Assembly: GCF_009914755.1 (NCBI RefSeq)
Contig: NC_060926.1
Origin: the human T2T-CHM13v2.0 reference genome, Homo sapiens
DNA length: 64,000 nucleotides
Strand: one strand, 5' to 3'
Both the position numbers and the translations under genes were made by a program. The stretch's first letter is position 1, and every line of letters begins with the position of its first letter. The notes under the pieces were generated by a model that did not search any database, was not told the origin of the DNA, and worked only from the letters and a program-made list of their open reading frames with translations. Shown here piece after piece: positions 57,000 through 64,000 of this stretch.

Positions 57000-57849
57000 G
57001 GTGGTGAGCAATTCATGAGCCACTCAAGAACACTTCTGAACTCATCAAATGGCTTCAATATTCTTTGTAAATGTGAATGGACTCTGGATGCAGTAGAAAT
57101 GGGTTCTGCCATGGTAGAGGTGGGGACTTCTTCAGGACACATGGATGTCTCATTGGCTCAGTTAGCGCACTCTCTGGGACCTCTCTCTGGAAGGCTGGCT
57201 ACACTTGATTATTCCCGGTACTGTGGCTGGCTCCCCAGTGAACCCTACAGCAACCAGGTTAGGAAATCTACAGGCTTTCCCACCGCAGGAAATGGGCGGA
57301 TCCTGCTAGATCAGAGATCAGGCAGAGTTCTGTCTGGCCCTGGAGAGCTTTCCACAGGTAGTCAACCCTTTAGGTGGCAAAAGAGAAATGGCTGCATGTA
57401 CCCAGACCCAAATCTGTTAGATTTCCAACGTTAAGCATAGAGTGCCCATATATTTTTTTTAATTTTAAAAGAGTGTCGTCATATAAGGCCAATTAAAGAA
57501 ATAGTGTGGATCTTAAGTTTGAATTCAAAGGTCAAGCAATGAGAATAGATACTGCCTTGCTGTTGGAGTTTATAGATAATATTTGTCAATGTCTGTATCT
57601 AATTTTTAGTTGTCTAATATGGAGAAAATTCTGATGCCCACAGGTACATGATCACAATTTTTAAATAGTTAACCTTGCAAGATAAGAACCTAAAAAATAT
57701 ATGAAGTCAGCAATTTTGGGATACTTTTTAATGATTCAGGTGTAACAGAAGCTTTTAAGATAGGCACAAAAATAAGTCAACCTGTCAACACAAGCTATCA
57801 TTTTTCTTGATCTCTAGTGTAAAATATATAATTGTGCACATTTTAAAAA

Positions 57850-58035
57850 AGTAATATATTTCACAATATATTGCAGAATGTTATTTCAACATGTAATCAG
57901 TATTATAAAGAATGGGATAATTGACTTTTTTCATTTCATACTAAACTTTGAAACCTGTTATGTATTTTACACAACATTTGCCAGGTCCCACTAGCTGCAT
58001 TGAGCACTGAATAGCCACATGAGGCTACCATTTTG
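57850..58035 (+). mobile_element. MER33-like hAT fragment
   Basis: ttatttcaacatgtaatca..tcatactaaactttgaaacc..tgtattttacac..aatagccacatg. Confidence 0.55.
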
Positions 58036-59689
58036 CCAGAGGCTTTATGTACATTATTATGGTTACTCCCCTCTGGAGTCTTTGGAGGTAAATATTGTTG
58101 TCTACATCTTACTGAGCTCCTAAAAATTACATAACCTGCTGGAGGTTGTTTTAGAGTTTATCAATGGAGGAGCCAGGATTAGAACCTAGTCTGCTAATCT
58201 TTAAAGGCTAATTTTTCTGTACTTCAGTGCATATTAGTTTGGTTAGTGTTTTCAAGGAGTTTTGGGCACACTAATTTTTTGAGTCAAAGGCTTGCTGACT
58301 AAGATGTGGTTTCATTGGAATGTTACCTGTAATGCAGGCTGGGGTGGGATCCTGATAAACCCATTGACTCATTTCATTCATTCACTTTTCATCAAGAAAC
58401 CGGGATTTTAGAGAATAGATTTTACACCCCCTCATCTATAAAGCTTGTGTTCCCTGCCTGTAATAAAACAAATGCAGAAGAGCCAAAAATAGGTGGAGGA
58501 CACAATTTGCAAATCTCAAAGGGGTGAATGTGGTGGTGCCTGGAGCCTAGGAAGACCTCATTCCTCCTCTGGAGACAGACGTGGCACCGTGTTTCCTTCA
58601 TTTCCTTGATGCTGTGAGGAAGAGGGGTATCAGCCGAGGTGTTTCATGTCCCCACAAGAAGTCGCATGCCACATACTGTAGGATCCGTGCAGCCGATTGG
58701 CTGCACTTCCTGTGGCAGGTGGTGGGTGTTGTAGACAGGATGCCGTGTCCTGTTCAGGGAAGGAGGTGGTAGCAACCTCTGAGTCACATGATAGGAGCGA
58801 GGTGGAGCCCATCCTGCCTGGAAATGAAGTTGTCAGAGACTTCTCATAGTTGTGGGGGAAAATCCCACTCCACCATTATGTATAGTTACTGGTGCCTGTC
58901 GCATAACACGTAAAAGAAGGAAAGGAACACAGACTCATGTGGTAGAAACTGAGAAAAGTGACAGTAACTCTTGGTGTCCTTGCAGCATGTTCATACATAA
59001 CCTAGTCACTGACTAAGAGGATGTTGAGTGTCCATTCTTCCTGCATCACTCCGTACTGCAGGAAAAGCTCAGGAGGTCTCCTAAGAGTCCAGGCTCGAAG
59101 CTCTCTACTGCTAAGTGCAACCCCATTGTCTTAGTTTATATCTTTAATGCTTTGATGCCAGTCTAGAGAGCTAGATGCAGGTGTTTCCACCAAGTTGTTT
59201 ATGGGGAAGCCCTCATTGTAAATTGAGAGTAACACAGGAGGATGCCCATCTTGGAATCCACCAGAAGTAATAACTTAATCACCTAGGACTGAACCTTTAT
59301 CTTACACAACATTCCTCTTAATTTCAGATAATCAAGTTTAGCTATCAGAATCTTTGTTTTTTTTTTTAACCTACATAAAACTGAACATGAAGGATCTGCA
59401 TCAAAATAAGTGTTTTATGACAGTGTGCACTAACTTGTTTATCTATTCAACAAATACAAAGTACCATAGTATGTACAAGCCACTGTGTTACATGCTGAGG
59501 TTATTGTAAAAAGTTAGAGGGTCTGATTTGAGCACAGATTCCAAAAGGAATTTCACTATAAGGAATTTAAAAGATATAGTGCTTAGAGAACCCTGAGGAA
59601 CACTTGAGAACAGTGCAGCCTGGGGCTCGAGAAAGACTAACGGCAAGGCTGCATACCCTTTCCAGGAGTGAACCTTTAAGCTTTCTAGA

Positions 59690-59865
59690 TTCATGGTTTC
59701 AAACCTTAAGCATGCATCAGATCCCATAGAGGGCTTATTACAACAGATGCCTGGGCCTCACCCCAGAGTTTCTGTTGTAAAGATCTGATGTGGGGCTGGA
59801 GAATTTGCATTTCTAGAAAATTTCCATGTGGTGCTGAGGCTGCTGGTTTGGGGATTGCACTGTTC
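59690..59865 (+). mobile_element. MER5A element
   Basis: catgcatcaga..acagatgcctgggcctcaccccagagtttctg..gaatttgcatttcta. Confidence 0.85.
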
Positions 59866-60336
59866 CATAGAAATTGCTAGTAAAAACAGGACAATTAAGG
59901 ACATTGGAAAGTAGATTAAGATAAGCATAACCATATGAGGCGAGTTCAAGATCAGAAACAACTGCCAGAGGGGAGAGTGCAGGCTGTCACCCACACTTCT
60001 TAAACCTCATTAGAAAATTCATTAATGAGAAGGAATCAGAGACTTAGGCCTGACTCCCTTGTCTGTCCCTGCTTGTTTTGTACATACACATTGACTGATA
60101 CAATAGGATGCTGAGTTTTGCTCTGGAAGCTGTGAGACGTGGAAGGCTTGTACTGGTTCTCAGCAGAGGCAGCCAAGCCTTTGCTGCCCACTTCTCTCCC
60201 AGAATAGTGATGGGTTTTGCATGTCAGGGCCAAAACAAGCTGCCAGGTCCCTGGAAGACAATTTCGCTGCCAACATCTCTGTTTAAGAGGCCAGGCCCAT
60301 TTAGGAAATTTGGCCTGGAGAGGCAAAAGAGGGATC

Positions 60337-60725
60337 TGTTATGGACTGAATGGCCCCTCTCCCCCGACCCAATTCATATGTTGAAGCCCTCACCCCCAGT
60401 GTGACTGCACTTGGAGTTGGGACCTTTTTAAGGTAACTAAGGATAAATGAGGTCATAAGGGTGGGCCCTAATCCAATAGGACTTGTGTCCTTATAAGAAC
60501 AGTAAGAGACACTAGGATGCACATGCACATGGAGAGGCCACGTGAGGACACAGCAGGGAGGTGGCCTTCTGCAAGCCAAGGAGAGAGGTCTTGGGAGAAA
60601 CCATCCCTGCAGGCACCTTGATCTTGGACTTCCAGCCTCCAGAACTGTGAGGCAATGAATTCCTGGTGTGTTTAAGCCACCTGGACTGTGGCGTTTTGTT
60701 CTGGCAGCCCAAGCAGAATTACACA
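60337..60725 (+). mobile_element. MLT1A-type MaLR solo LTR
   Basis: TG..CA termini; aattcatatgttgaagccct; ccttgatcttggacttccagcctccagaactgtga; near-TSD ggatc/gggtc. Confidence 0.9.
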
Positions 60726-61169
60726 GGGTCCAACCAAGGTGAAAGAGTGAGCCTCCTGAAGCTGGCAGTGAAGACAAGTTTAGAAGGGGGTTCTGCAAGT
60801 GGAGGCTTGTCCAGTTTGTCCTTCATCAGGTGATGGGACCTCGGAGAGGTGAAGTGTTTTGGGAAGTGAGCAGTCACAGAGGCAGATCCTATAGGCTGGA
60901 ACAATGAGTGTTCCATGGAGTGACGCTCCAGACCTAGCTCCTGTTTCCAGATGACTTTAAAGCCCCAGAGGTTCTGGTGCAACCCTACAGGGAAGGAGCC
61001 ATCCCCTAAACACTCTGTAGGTTAGATTCCTCAACATTCTAACCAGTGGGGGCTTGGAGCAGATTGGACCTGATTCTTAAAAATAATGTGCCACTTTTTG
61101 CCCTGAAGTTGTGAAGCAAACTCATATCTACTACACATTGTATATATAAATAGTAGGCTAAGCTTATAG

Positions 61170-63480
<2,311 letters not shown>

Positions 63481-63776
63481 GCATGATGTTGGTAGTGTTA
63501 TTGGGAACAGAGACCCTCAGGATGGGAGAAAGGAGATAGAGACAATGAGACTGAAAGAAGTTAAAGAAAAATTCTATCATCCTGAATTTCAGTATAAATT
63601 CATGATGCTGTAAAAAAAAATCATTAAAATGCATCCCCACTGGAGGAGGCAGGGAAGCTTGAATAATCTGACTAGGTTTTGCTTTTTCTGTGAGATGTCA
63701 GCTCCTATCTCCTGCCCATTTCTCTAGTCTTTTTCTTGATTATTTTTAGAAACTGTTTATACATTAGGAATAGATT

Positions 63777-64000
63777 TCAGGCAGGAGAATAGGTCTGGAG
63801 ACAGGGAACTTAAGACCAATTCGTGCTAACTTCCTAAAGCTGAATCAAGGGAAAACACCAAGGTCTGGGGGCAGGGAATCTGAGGCCAATTCCTGCTGAC
63901 TCCCTAAAAGGGAAAACACCTGGGGCTGGGGGCAGGGAACCTAAGGCCAATTAACTCCAAGATCCAAAAGCTAAACCAAAAGGAAAACCCCCATCTCCCC
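63777..64000 (+). mobile_element. ERV1 LTR 5' part (MER61-like), truncated by window end
   Basis: ggcaggagaatagg.tctggagacagggaac.taag.ccaatt..aaaaggaaaacccca, unit present three times. Confidence 0.7.

Noticed and set aside
57015-57434. 139-aa ATG ORF next to the THE1 LTR
   Set aside because: No recognisable homology, the LTR points away from it, and no promoter or poly(A) support
60301-60798. 165-aa minus-strand ORF
   Set aside because: Antisense translation of the MLT1A LTR

Overview
Primate (human-like) genomic DNA containing the 3' two-thirds of MAP4K4 (HGK/NIK, a STE20/GCK-IV kinase) on the + strand. It holds 23 coding exons from just after the kinase domain through the coiled-coil, intermediate and CNH regions to the stop codon (49497-49499). 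All junctions were checked by eye for GT-AG and phase continuity. A ~3.4 kb 3'UTR follows, with a likely distal AATAAA at 52919, and then ~11 kb of intergenic, repeat-rich sequence. Introns carry Alu, L1/HAL1, MIR, MER2/MER3/MER5, Tigger3 and MaLR/ERV LTR elements; repeat subfamily names are from memory of consensus sequences. Nearly all ORFs in the supplied track are exon fragments, antisense shadows or repeat artefacts. The most interesting unexplained structures are (1) a ~470-nt non-Alu intronic fold-back with a perfect 41-bp stem, downstream of a 9-nt GEV microexon that is itself embedded in local hairpins, (2) a candidate intronic alternative last exon that would give a CNH-less kinase, and (3) an AP-1/AICE/ETS/NF-kB motif cluster downstream of the gene. 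I cannot support a wholly new biological system from sequence alone.
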